A stretch of DNA of 62,719 nt from Acidobacteriota bacterium (lineage in GTDB: Bacteria > Acidobacteriota > Blastocatellia > Pyrinomonadales > Pyrinomonadaceae): assembly GCA_031398645.1 (NCBI GenBank), contig JANNNS010000338.1:1-62719 (forward strand), read 5' to 3'. The position numbers and the translations under genes were made by a program. Positions 34,180 through 42,211 of the stretch are shown piece by piece. The notes under the pieces are model-generated. The model saw nothing but the letters and a program-made list of their open reading frames with translations, was not told the DNA's origin and ran no database searches. The first letter of the stretch is position 1. Each line of letters opens with the position of its first letter.

Positions 34180-34198
34180 GACACTTTCAAAAAGTGTC
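34180..34198. promoter_or_regulatory. Perfect 19-bp palindrome immediately after the GntR stop codon (operator or terminator stem)
   Basis: GACACTTT-caa-AAAGTGTC. No T-tract follows. It lies 70 nt upstream of the next gene. Confidence 0.35.
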
Positions 34199-34267
34199 AC
34201 AGACCAGCCTCACCGGGGCGAATACACCGGCTAGACTCAATTTAGATCTATTAGGAGTCAGCCCGAA

Positions 34268-34738
34268 ATGAAATTCAGCCCTTTATCTGCCTCAGCTTTT
34301 ATTCTTCTCAGCGTCCTTGCCTTTAGTACTAGTGTCGCAGCCCAGAACCTGGACGAAAAATGGAACCGCGTCACACCTCTTTCGGCCGGGACGAAGCTGG
34401 TCGTCGAGGCGGACGGCCGTAAACCCGTGAAAGGAAAACTGGTTCAGGCAACCGAAACTTCTTTGACCATCAGAACGGGCGGCAAGGACGTCGCGATACC
34501 GCGGCAGGATATCTCAGCCGTATTCCTCGGCAAAGGTTCGTCGAAGATCAAGCGGGGGTTGATCGGAGCTCTGGCTGGCGCGGGTGCAGGTGTTCTGATA
34601 GGAGGGATAGCCGCCGCCGCCGGGGCCGATCCCTTGGTCGCAGCAGGTGGTTTTCTATTTGGTATCCCTGCCGGGGCAGCAGTCGGCGTTGCGACGAGCG
34701 GCGGTACAAAGAAGGGAAGTTTGATCTACGCCCGATGA
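34268..34738 (+). CDS. Small exported protein with a glycine-zipper C-terminus
   Basis: Signal peptide MKFSPLSASAFILLSVLAFSTSVAAQ. The C-terminus GLIGALAGAGAGVLIGGIAAAAGADPLVAAGGFLFGIPAGAAVGVA is glycine-zipper-like. GGAG SD upstream. Confidence 0.6.
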   Translation: MKFSPLSASAFILLSVLAFSTSVAAQNLDEKWNRVTPLSAGTKLVVEADGRKPVKGKLVQATETSLTIRTGGKDVAIPRQDISAVFLGKGSSKIKRGLIGALAGAGAGVLIGGIAAAAGADPLVAAGGFLFGIPAGAAVGVATSGGTKKGSLIYAR

Positions 34739-34739
34739 T

Positions 34740-35495
34740 CTAGGTCTTGACAATGAGGCCTTGTCCGGTCGGAAGCGATGCAATGGAGAATGACATTCGT
34801 GTCGCAAGCTGGTCCATTGCGTGTTTCTGTTCGCTGTAACCGTAGAATGCGTAATCGTCCAGTAGCACGATCGCTCCGGGCACTAATCTTTCCCAAAAGA
34901 ATTCGAGGGCCGCTATCTCTGGCAGGACAGCGTTCATATCGATGTGCAAGTAGGAGAGCTTCTCCGCGTTTACCTGAACGAGCGTATCAGGAACCGCTCC
35001 CTGGACGATCCTAACATTCTTCCACTCTGCAAAGTTCTTTGCGACCTCGTCGACACCGGTAACATAAAACCCTTGAGCCAAGTGCTCCTTGTTCCGTTCT
35101 GACTCCAAAGATCCCTCTCCCGACTGCCTCGCGTCCAAGCCGCCGAATGTATCCAGCAAATAAAATGTCTTGCCGGTTCGGTCCCAATTCAGGTAGGCCA
35201 TTATCGCAGAACTCAAGAATCCGCGGTTGACACCGCACTCGACAAAGTCGCCATCAAGTCGGGACGCGGTCGAGGCAGCCCACAGCCCAATGTGCACACG
35301 CCAATACCATTGATAGTCACCGGCCGCGGCCGCTCCGCGTTCGTATGCTTTCTTAAATGCGGGATCTTTCAGAAACGAATGGTCGTGGATCGAGATGAGG
35401 CCGTCAAATTCATAAACGCTATCGCTCCCTGGTATTCGCACCACGGCGTAACCATTCTTTCTTAGGAGGCGTTTTATCGTTGACCTTATTCCCAT
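34740..35495 (-). CDS. Class I SAM-dependent methyltransferase, TylF/MycF (macrocin O-methyltransferase) family
   Basis: GDFVECGVNRGFLSSAIM (SAM-binding GxG-type segment) and LSYLHIDMNAVLPEIAALEFFWERLVPGAIVLLDDY (metal-binding DxD...DDY pattern typical of TylF-like enzymes). Confidence 0.75.
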   Translation of the reverse strand: MGIRSTIKRLLRKNGYAVVRIPGSDSVYEFDGLISIHDHSFLKDPAFKKAYERGAAAAGDYQWYWRVHIGLWAASTASRLDGDFVECGVNRGFLSSAIMAYLNWDRTGKTFYLLDTFGGLDARQSGEGSLESERNKEHLAQGFYVTGVDEVAKNFAEWKNVRIVQGAVPDTLVQVNAEKLSYLHIDMNAVLPEIAALEFFWERLVPGAIVLLDDYAFYGYSEQKHAMDQLATRMSFSIASLPTGQGLIVKT

Positions 35496-35574
35496 TAGCG
35501 AATTCCGGTTTACTATAGCAAACCAAGGGCGAAGCTCTCGAATCGGTTGGTTTGCTAACCGCTGCGCATTGCGC

Positions 35575-35603
35575 TTGACATAACTATTAAATGTAACTAT
35601 TAT
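35575..35603 (+). promoter_or_regulatory. Near-consensus sigma-70 promoter of the Rrf2 gene, predicting a leaderless or near-leaderless mRNA
   Basis: TTGACA (35575-35580), a 17-nt spacer, then TATTAT (35598-35603). The ATG at 35614 lies only about 10 nt after the -10, and there is no SD. Confidence 0.6.
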
Positions 35604-35610
35604 TGTTACA
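35592..35610. promoter_or_regulatory. Inverted repeat box 1 (TGTAAC-N7-GTTACA), candidate Rrf2 operator overlapping its own -10
   Basis: TGTAAC-tattatt-GTTACA followed by GTTA. The same box occurs at 41651-41669, and a one-mismatch copy occurs at 36057-36075. Confidence 0.55.
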
Positions 35611-35613
35611 GTT

Positions 35614-36039
35614 ATGGCGGCAAACAGTCAATTTTCGATGGCAGTGCATGTTCTGGCAATGCTCGCACGACGAAAGGACGAGAAGGTAAAGTCCGAGGTC
35701 GTGGCTGGCAGTGTCAATACGAACGCTGTCGTCATCCGCCGATTGTTAGGACAGTTGGCACAGGCGAATCTGGTCGAGTCGCAGACCGGTGCCTCGGGCG
35801 GAACGCGACTGGCACGATGTCCGAAGGAAATTGATCTCGCTGAAATATACAAGGCTGTTTCCTGTGGTGAAGTCTTTGCCCTGCACGGCAGATCGCCTAA
35901 TCAGGATTGCCCGGTCGGAAAAAACATTGAAGCGGTGTTATGTAATTTGCAGAAAGAGATCGATAAGACCGTCGGCGAAAAACTTTCGCAGTACACGCTT
36001 CAGAGCGTTCTTGAGATCATCGAACAAGGGAAGGTATAA
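35614..36039 (+). CDS. Rrf2-family transcriptional regulator
   Basis: MAANSQFSMAVHVLAMLARRKDEKVKSEVVAGSVNTNAVVIRRLLGQLAQANLVESQTGASGGTRLAR is the typical Rrf2 wHTH. Four Cys lie in the C-terminal half. Confidence 0.9.
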   Translation: MAANSQFSMAVHVLAMLARRKDEKVKSEVVAGSVNTNAVVIRRLLGQLAQANLVESQTGASGGTRLARCPKEIDLAEIYKAVSCGEVFALHGRSPNQDCPVGKNIEAVLCNLQKEIDKTVGEKLSQYTLQSVLEIIEQGKV

Positions 36040-36056
36040 AATTTTTTGCCCTTATT

Positions 36057-36075
36057 TGTAGCAAGTGTTGTTACA
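36057..36075. promoter_or_regulatory. Inverted repeat box 2 (TGTAGC-N7-GTTACA), a one-mismatch copy of the Rrf2 box
   Basis: TGTAGC-aagtgtt-GTTACA, 18 nt after the Rrf2 stop and about 335 nt upstream of yceI. Confidence 0.4.
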
Positions 36076-36334
36076 AAAATGTTGCAGAAAGAACGAACAA
36101 GGGAAGGATCGAGCGAAGGGAAGGTCTATAAATCTTTATGACAAGTTCCGAATGTTTATCTATTAATTTTGGCCCACCGGCGATCATGCTGCGTGCCTTG
36201 AGTGAGGTGCTGCGTCTTTATCCATGGTTTCTGAAAGCGAGCATTCTGTTGAATAGGCTGATCCAGTAAGCAGATGCTTGCACAAACTAAAGGCGGCAAT
36301 ATTTGTCATACTGATTTAGAACGGCCGGCAACGT

Positions 36335-36343
36335 TGGTATAAT
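36335..36343 (+). promoter_or_regulatory. Extended -10 element upstream of the yceI operon
   Basis: TGgTATAAT (TGnTATAAT), with a weak -35 TTTAGA at 17-nt spacing. It lies about 65 nt upstream of the yceI ATG. Confidence 0.4.
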
Positions 36344-36409
36344 TACCAGCTAGAGCGACAGCACACCTGATCTGGGGAAATTTCAATTTTATTCTTAGGA
36401 GAATTTTCG

Positions 36410-37069
36410 ATGAAGATGTTTTTAACTGCGGTTTTGGGCTCAACACTGCTTTTCGCAGCGTGCGGCGGGCCTGACGCAAACATACCGAAAGCAAATACTT
36501 CGGCTCCCTCGAGCAACAAACCGGCCAACGCGACCAATACGGGAACGGCTCCCAGCACTACTGCGAAAGGCGAGGGCCTTGTCATCACCCCGGCGAATTC
36601 GTCGGTCACGTTTGTCGGCTATAAGGTCACGGGCCAGCATTCCGGTGGATTTACAATGTTCTCAGGAACGGTCGACCTTGTGAACGGCAAGCCGGAGGAA
36701 AGCAGCGTTTCGGTGGACATCGATGCGACCAGCATTTTTTCAGACGACGCAAAATTGACCGAGCATCTCAAGAGTAAGGATTTCTTCGAGATCGAAAAGT
36801 TCCCCAAGGCGTCCTTTAAATCGACCAAGATCGAGGCTGGCGCGAAGGCTCCTGACAACTTCACCATTACAGGCGACCTTGAAATGCACGGCGTTACCAA
36901 GTCCGTTACATTTCCAGCTAAGATCGACGTAACTGACGCTGATGTTACCGTCAAAGCGGGCTTCAGGATAAATCGAAAGGATTTCGGCATTGTTTACGCC
37001 GGTATGGCAGACAATGCCATCCGCGATGACGTTTCGATCATGCTGAACGTCAAGCCAAATCGAAAGTAA
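36410..37069 (+). CDS. YceI-family (polyisoprenoid-binding) lipoprotein
   Basis: Lipobox LLFAAC. YceI blocks: VTFVGYKVTGQHSGGF..FSG, LKSKDFFEIEKFPKASFKSTKI, GDLEMHGVTKSVTFPAKI. Confidence 0.88.
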   Translation: MKMFLTAVLGSTLLFAACGGPDANIPKANTSAPSSNKPANATNTGTAPSTTAKGEGLVITPANSSVTFVGYKVTGQHSGGFTMFSGTVDLVNGKPEESSVSVDIDATSIFSDDAKLTEHLKSKDFFEIEKFPKASFKSTKIEAGAKAPDNFTITGDLEMHGVTKSVTFPAKIDVTDADVTVKAGFRINRKDFGIVYAGMADNAIRDDVSIMLNVKPNRK

Positions 37070-37151
37070 CAGATCCGGCTGGGGATGTGCGCAGCAGGGC
37101 CGCGGCCTTTTCCTGTCTGCCGAGCGACGATGCGCACATCTCTGAAATAAT

Positions 37152-38168
37152 ATGAAAGCATACGAGGTCGAGCAGTTCGGTATTGACAATCTTCGTCTCG
37201 TCGATCGTCCCGATCCAGAACCTAAGGCCGGGGAGGTTCTGGTCAGGTTTCACGCTGCATCGCTAAATTATCGCGACCTGATGGTCGTTTCCGGCAGCTA
37301 CAATCCGAGGATGAGGGTGCCTGCTGTCCCTTTTTCCGATGGAGCCGGCGAGATCACGGCCATAGGGCCAGGTGTCACAAAATGGAAGGTCGGTGATCGA
37401 GTGATGCCGATATTCGTTCAGCAATGGTTCGATGGCGAATCGACTGATGAAACACGCCGGACTGCCCTCGGCGCCGGTGCTCAGTGGGATGGCGTGTTGC
37501 GCGAGTTTGGCACGTTCGGGCAGGAGTCCGTCGTACGGGTTCCGGATCACCTTTCATTTGAGGAGGCAGCCACACTCCCGTGCACAGGCGTTACCGCATG
37601 GAACGCACTCTTCTGTTCCGGCGGCTTGAAGGCGGGCGACACTGTCTTAACACTCGGCACCGGCGGGGTTTCGGTCTTTGCTCTGCAATTCGCAAAGATG
37701 GCCGGGGCGACGGTCTTTTCGACTTCCAGCAGTTCAGAGAAGATCGGGAAGCTATTAGATCTGGGGGCGGACGGAGTGGTAAATTATCGCGAACGCGAGG
37801 ATTGGGATTCCGCTGTGCTTGAGTTCACGGGTAAATGCGGAGTTGACCATGTAGTCGAGGTTGGCGGAGCCGGCACACTTCCAAGGTCGATCAGAGCTGT
37901 CCGGGTCTCGGGCCACATAGCGCTTATTGGCGCCCTGACGTCTGCCGCCGGAGTCGATCCCGTACAGGTCTTTATGAAGACGCTTCGCCTTCAAGGCGTA
38001 TTTACCGGCTCGCGTAAGATGTTCGAGGATATGAACCGGGCGATCTCAGCCGCCGAGTTCAGGCCGGTTATTGACCGCGTGTTTGAGTTTGGCGGGGCCC
38101 GGGAAGCCCTCCATTATATGGAAAGCGGCGCACACTTCGGCAAGATAGTGATCCGAATAGGCGAATAA
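37152..38168 (+). CDS. Zinc-type alcohol dehydrogenase / NADPH:quinone oxidoreductase family protein (MDR superfamily)
   Basis: MKAYEVEQFG...PEPKAGEVLVRFHAASLNYRDLMVVSG, with a GTGGVSVFALQFAKMAGA Rossmann motif. Confidence 0.85.
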   Translation: MKAYEVEQFGIDNLRLVDRPDPEPKAGEVLVRFHAASLNYRDLMVVSGSYNPRMRVPAVPFSDGAGEITAIGPGVTKWKVGDRVMPIFVQQWFDGESTDETRRTALGAGAQWDGVLREFGTFGQESVVRVPDHLSFEEAATLPCTGVTAWNALFCSGGLKAGDTVLTLGTGGVSVFALQFAKMAGATVFSTSSSSEKIGKLLDLGADGVVNYREREDWDSAVLEFTGKCGVDHVVEVGGAGTLPRSIRAVRVSGHIALIGALTSAAGVDPVQVFMKTLRLQGVFTGSRKMFEDMNRAISAAEFRPVIDRVFEFGGAREALHYMESGAHFGKIVIRIGE

Positions 38169-38172
38169 GAAA

Positions 38173-38967
38173 ATGAATCTCAAACTGATCGGAAAAACAG
38201 CGCTCGTAACGGGCTCCACTGCGGGTATCGGGCTTGCCATCGCTGAGTCGCTGGTTGCGGAAGGGGCGAACGTGATCCTGAACGGCCGCTCCCGCGAACG
38301 TGTTGAAGGGGCCGTGGCTACGGTCAAAGCGGGGACAGACAACGCCAGAGTCTCGGGGGTCTTTGCAGATCTTTCTACGGTCGAAGGGGTTCAAAAGGTG
38401 ATTGACGGCATCTCGGACATTGATATTCTCGTGAACAATGTCGGAATATTCGAGCCCAAGGCGTTTGAAGATATACCTGATGAGGATTGGCTGAGATTTT
38501 TTGAAGCGAACGTGATGAGTGGTGTGCGGCTCAGCCGCCACTTCCTTCCAAAAATGAAAGAAAAAGGCTGGGGACGTGTCATCTTTATTTCCAGTGAATC
38601 CGGTGTGCAGATCCCGGCCGAAATGATCCATTACGGAATGACAAAATCTGCCCAGATCGCGATCGCACGAGGAATGGCAGAGACCACGGTCGGAACGAAA
38701 GTAACTGTGAACTCAGTTCTGCCTGGCCCGACAGCCTCCGAGGGGGTATCTACTTTTGTTGAGCGGCTAGCTGCTGAGCAGAATATTTCTACCGAGCAGA
38801 TGGAGAAGGAGTTTTTCGCGACCGCACGTCCAAGTTCGCTGTTAAAGCGCTTTATTGAGCCGAAAGAGATAGGCGACGTTGTCGCATTCTTATGCAGCCC
38901 CTTAGCCTCGGCGATCAATGGCTCTGCCGTTCGTGCGGATGGCGGCGTGATTCGCTCGATGTTCTGA
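38173..38967 (+). CDS. Short-chain dehydrogenase/reductase (SDR)
   Basis: TALVTGSTAGIGLAIA (TGxxxGxG), NNVG, and YGMTKSA (YxxxK). It starts 4 nt after the upstream gene. Confidence 0.9.
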   Translation: MNLKLIGKTALVTGSTAGIGLAIAESLVAEGANVILNGRSRERVEGAVATVKAGTDNARVSGVFADLSTVEGVQKVIDGISDIDILVNNVGIFEPKAFEDIPDEDWLRFFEANVMSGVRLSRHFLPKMKEKGWGRVIFISSESGVQIPAEMIHYGMTKSAQIAIARGMAETTVGTKVTVNSVLPGPTASEGVSTFVERLAAEQNISTEQMEKEFFATARPSSLLKRFIEPKEIGDVVAFLCSPLASAINGSAVRADGGVIRSMF

Positions 38968-38999
38968 CAGAAAAAGGTCACGGGACAAACTCAACAATT

Positions 39000-39953
39000 A
39001 TGAAAGCTATTCGAGTACATGAATTTGGCGGTGTTGAAAAGTTAACGGTCGACGAATTGGAAAAACCGTCGCCAAAGCCCGGCGAGATCCTGATCAAAAT
39101 GGCTGCGGCTGGAGTTAATTATGCTGACGTTATGATGCGCGGCGGCAACTATCTGACAAAGCCGCCGCTACCTTATGCACTTGGGTTCGAGGTGGCGGGT
39201 ATCGTAGAAGAAGTAGGGCAGCGGGTTGAGGGCCTTGCGGTGGGAGATCGAGTTGTCGCGTCGGTTCTTGGCGGCGGATACGCTGAGTACGCGACAGCCC
39301 GTGCCGGCGGGGCCGTAAAGATCCCGGACGGCCTCGGCTTCAGCGAGGCGACGGCTCTGCTTGTTCAGGGGCTGACCGCCCTTGGCCTGCTCGACCAAAC
39401 AAAAGCCGGCGATTCGATACTTGTGCACGCCGCTGCCGGCGGTGTCGGAAGTCTTATCGTTCAGCTTGCCAAGCACAAGGGGTTGAAGGTTATCGGTACC
39501 GCATCGAATACGAGTAAGCTGGAGTTTGTGGCATCGCTCGGAGCCGACTTTGCCGTGAACTATTCCGATGCAGACTGGACCGACGAGGTACTAAAGGCGA
39601 CAGATGGTAAGGGAGTCGATTGGATCATAGAGATGGTCGGCGGTGACATCGTCGGGCAAAACCTAAAGGTTCTCGCCAAAAACGGTACGATGTGGGTCTA
39701 CGGTGCTGCCAGCGGCGAGGATTTCCGCGTCTCGGTGCTTTCGTTGATGTCTAAAAATCACATTGTCCGCGGTTATTGGCTTACCAATGAGACGGTTGAG
39801 AACCGCGTGAAGTTTACGCGCGAACTGTTGGATCACGTGGCGGCGGGTAGGCTGAAGATACAGGTCACGGAGTTCCTATTGGAGAAAGCTGCGGAAGCAC
39901 ATGAGTCAATAGAAGGGCGAAAAACCACCGGCAAGGTCGTGTTGGTTCCGTAA
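39000..39953 (+). CDS. NADPH:quinone oxidoreductase (zeta-crystallin-like MDR)
   Basis: The track ORF starts at 38892, inside the SDR gene. I prefer the ATG at 39000 (MKAIRVHEFGGVEKLTVDELEKPSPKPGEILIKMAAAGVNYADVMMRGG). AAGGVGSLIVQLAK motif. Confidence 0.88.
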   Translation: MKAIRVHEFGGVEKLTVDELEKPSPKPGEILIKMAAAGVNYADVMMRGGNYLTKPPLPYALGFEVAGIVEEVGQRVEGLAVGDRVVASVLGGGYAEYATARAGGAVKIPDGLGFSEATALLVQGLTALGLLDQTKAGDSILVHAAAGGVGSLIVQLAKHKGLKVIGTASNTSKLEFVASLGADFAVNYSDADWTDEVLKATDGKGVDWIIEMVGGDIVGQNLKVLAKNGTMWVYGAASGEDFRVSVLSLMSKNHIVRGYWLTNETVENRVKFTRELLDHVAAGRLKIQVTEFLLEKAAEAHESIEGRKTTGKVVLVP

Positions 39954-39957
39954 CCTT

Positions 39958-40548
39958 GTGGTGAGGAAGATCGATACATTCGAGGATTTTCACCCGCTTT
40001 CGCGACAAGAATGGCGAGAATGGCTGGCGAAGAATCATAAAGGATCACCCGGAGTTTGGTTGGTTTACTTCAAAAAACAGACGGGAAGGCCCCGCGTGAC
40101 CTATGAGGATGCTGTCCAAGAGGCTTTGTGTTTCGGATGGATAGATTCACTACCGAGAAAGCTCGACGAAGAGAGGACAAAGCTTCTTTTTACGCCGCGA
40201 AAACCAAAAAGTGTCTGGTCAGCCCTTAACAAACAACGGATCAAATCATTGATCTCCGCTGGCCTAATGCAGAATGCGGGGATTTTCAAGATAGAACGGG
40301 CGAAGGCAGACGGCTCGTGGGATGCGTTGAACGACAGCGACAATCTGGTCGTGCCTAAGGAACTGAAGCAAGCCCTTTCAAAGAATCCGGTAGCCCGAAA
40401 AAACTTCGATGGGTTTCCGGTTTTTGTGAAAAGGTCGATCTTATATTGGCTTGGTACGGCAAAACGTGAAACTACTCGTTTGGAGAGAACAGAAAAAATA
40501 GTCAGAATGGCGGCTAACAATAAGCGGGCGAATTTCGATAAAGAATAA
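39958..40548 (+). CDS. YdeI/OmpD-associated family protein
   Basis: WREWLAKNHKGSPGVWLVYFKKQTGRPRVTYEDAVQEALCFGWIDS...PRKPKSVWSALNKQRIKSLISAGLM is the characteristic YdeI pattern. GTG start 4 nt after the upstream stop. Confidence 0.78.
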   Translation: MVRKIDTFEDFHPLSRQEWREWLAKNHKGSPGVWLVYFKKQTGRPRVTYEDAVQEALCFGWIDSLPRKLDEERTKLLFTPRKPKSVWSALNKQRIKSLISAGLMQNAGIFKIERAKADGSWDALNDSDNLVVPKELKQALSKNPVARKNFDGFPVFVKRSILYWLGTAKRETTRLERTEKIVRMAANNKRANFDKE

Positions 40549-41201
40549 TGGACGAGTTTCTCAGGCCAACTGAATTTCTGGATTCCGATGCTTCATCGGT
40601 GCGTGACTTTGCCGAAAGAAACACCTCGCCAGAGCTCTCTCATACGGAGAATGCGGTGTCGCTTTATTATGCAGTTAGGGACGGTTTTCATTACGACCCG
40701 TACGTGTTGGATTTGAGGCGGGAAGGCCTGAAGGCGAGCACGCTTTTGACTCGAGACCGAGGATATTGCGTCGAGAAGGCGGTCCTGTTGGCAGCCTCGG
40801 CCCGGGCAGCCGGTATACCCAGCAGGCTAAGCTTTTATATCGTGAAGAACCACGTTGCGACCGGCAGGCTCGAAAAGCTGTTGAAGACGGATTATCTTGT
40901 TTTTCACGGGGCGGCCGAAATGCTGCTTGAGGGAGAATGGAGAAAAGCAACGCCGGCGTTTAACCGCGAGTTGTGTAGATTTCTCGGTGTCGAACCGCTG
41001 GAATTTGACGGAACGAGCGATTCCATTTTTCAGGAATTCGATCGCTCCGGTGGAAAGTTCATGGAATACATTCACGATTATGGAGCATTTACAGATCTCC
41101 CGTATCAGATGTATCTAGACGAACTCAGCAAGCATTATTCTCATGTTTTTGATGATGGTAAGTATTCGAAAGGAGACCTGATCTTTGATTTCAGGAAGTA
41201 A
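40548..41201 (+). CDS. Transglutaminase-like cysteine-protease-fold protein
   Basis: RDRGYCVEKAVLLAASARAAGIPSRL (Cys block) and VFHGAAEMLLEGEWRKATPA (His block). The start overlaps the upstream stop (TAATG). Confidence 0.7.
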   Translation: MDEFLRPTEFLDSDASSVRDFAERNTSPELSHTENAVSLYYAVRDGFHYDPYVLDLRREGLKASTLLTRDRGYCVEKAVLLAASARAAGIPSRLSFYIVKNHVATGRLEKLLKTDYLVFHGAAEMLLEGEWRKATPAFNRELCRFLGVEPLEFDGTSDSIFQEFDRSGGKFMEYIHDYGAFTDLPYQMYLDELSKHYSHVFDDGKYSKGDLIFDFRK

Positions 41202-41203
41202 AT

Positions 41204-41632
41204 ATGAGCGAAAGAAAGGCCAATGCGGAATGGAACGGCAGTTTGTTAGAAGGCGAGGGAAAGATCGCCCTGGGCAGCGGAATGTTCGAGGGGGCGTTCT
41301 CGTTTGCGACCAGAATGGGTGATGACCCGGGAACTAATCCTGAAGAATTGCTCGGAGCGTCGCTCGCGGGTTGTTACGCGATGGCGTTGAATGCGACCCT
41401 GGAGAAAAAAGGCACTCCCGCGAAAAGTGTAAAGGCGGAAGCGAAGGTTTACTTGGGCAAAGATGACGCTGGCTTCAAGATCAATCGGATCGACCTTGAG
41501 ACCGTTGCTGATGTCTCGGGCATAAGTGCAGAGGATTTTGCCGCGGTTGCCGAGGAAGTGAAAGGCGGATGCCCGATCAGCAGGGCCCTTGCGGGGACTA
41601 ACATTACGTTAAAGGCGACACTTGTCGGTTGA
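41204..41632 (+). CDS. osmC: OsmC-family peroxiredoxin / organic hydroperoxide reductase-like protein
   Basis: MSERKANAEWNGSLLEGEGKI..., with the two conserved Cys contexts LLGASLAGCYAMAL and VKGGCPISRAL. Confidence 0.88.
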   Translation: MSERKANAEWNGSLLEGEGKIALGSGMFEGAFSFATRMGDDPGTNPEELLGASLAGCYAMALNATLEKKGTPAKSVKAEAKVYLGKDDAGFKINRIDLETVADVSGISAEDFAAVAEEVKGGCPISRALAGTNITLKATLVG

Positions 41633-41650
41633 TCGGCTCCACTTGACAAC

Positions 41651-41669
41651 TGTAACAATGAATGTTACA
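41651..41669. promoter_or_regulatory. Inverted repeat box 3 (TGTAAC-N7-GTTACA) with an adjacent TTGACA, upstream of trxA
   Basis: TTGACA (41643-41648) lies 2 nt before TGTAAC-aatgaat-GTTACA, which is followed by GTTA. A separate TATAAT at 41767-41772 lies nearer to trxA. Confidence 0.5.
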
Positions 41670-41797
41670 GTTACTCGTGGTTGAGTTCGGAGTAAGGCGT
41701 TGCGATCAACGCAGGACCGGACAGACATTATATTCAAGGGTTTTGCGGATAGTTTTAGGGCTAAGTTATAATTTCGCAAGACTTTTAGGGAGAAATT

Positions 41798-42124
41798 ATG
41801 GCAAATTTTGCTAAAGAAGTGACCGATACAGATTTTGAAACAGCGGTGCTGGGCTCTGACCAGCCTGTGCTAGTTGATTTTTGGGCAGAATGGTGCGGCC
41901 CGTGCAGGATGATCGCTCCGTCTGTCGAGGCCGTTGCCGAGGAATATGACGGAAAAGCTACGTTCCTGAAAATGGACGTGGATAACAATCAGAACGTGCC
42001 GCAGAGATATGGAATTCGCGGTATTCCAACGCTGATCCTATTCAAAGGCGGCCAAGAACAAGAGCGGATCGTTGGTGCGGTTTCCCGTGACGCGATCGCG
42101 AAGGTAGTTGGTAAATATATCTAG
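41798..42124 (+). CDS. trxA: Thioredoxin
   Basis: 108 aa with VLVDFWAEWCGPCRMIAP (WCGPC active site). GGGAGA SD upstream. Confidence 0.96.
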   Translation: MANFAKEVTDTDFETAVLGSDQPVLVDFWAEWCGPCRMIAPSVEAVAEEYDGKATFLKMDVDNNQNVPQRYGIRGIPTLILFKGGQEQERIVGAVSRDAIAKVVGKYI

Positions 42125-42147
42125 TTCGCTCTTCTTTGAGATCGGTA

Positions 42148-42181
42148 AAAGGCTGTCCGTGCATTGCACTGGACAGCCTTT
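42148..42181. terminator. Bidirectional terminator hairpin between the convergent trxA and the LTD-CHRD-FG-GAP gene
   Basis: AAAGGCTGTCC-gtgcattgcact-GGACAGCCTTT (11-bp perfect stem), flanked by A-rich 5' and T-rich 3' sequence. Confidence 0.7.
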
Positions 42182-42211
42182 ACTTTGTTACCACTTAACT
42201 ATGGCCCCGGC

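Noticed and set aside
36138-36269. A 43-codon plus-strand ORF (MTSSECLSINFGPPAIMLRALSEVLRLYPWFLKASILLNRLIQ) in the 330-nt gap between the Rrf2 gene and yceI.
   Set aside because: It has no SD and no recognisable features, and it is below any reliable size threshold. The gap may equally hold untranslated regulatory RNA or nothing at all.
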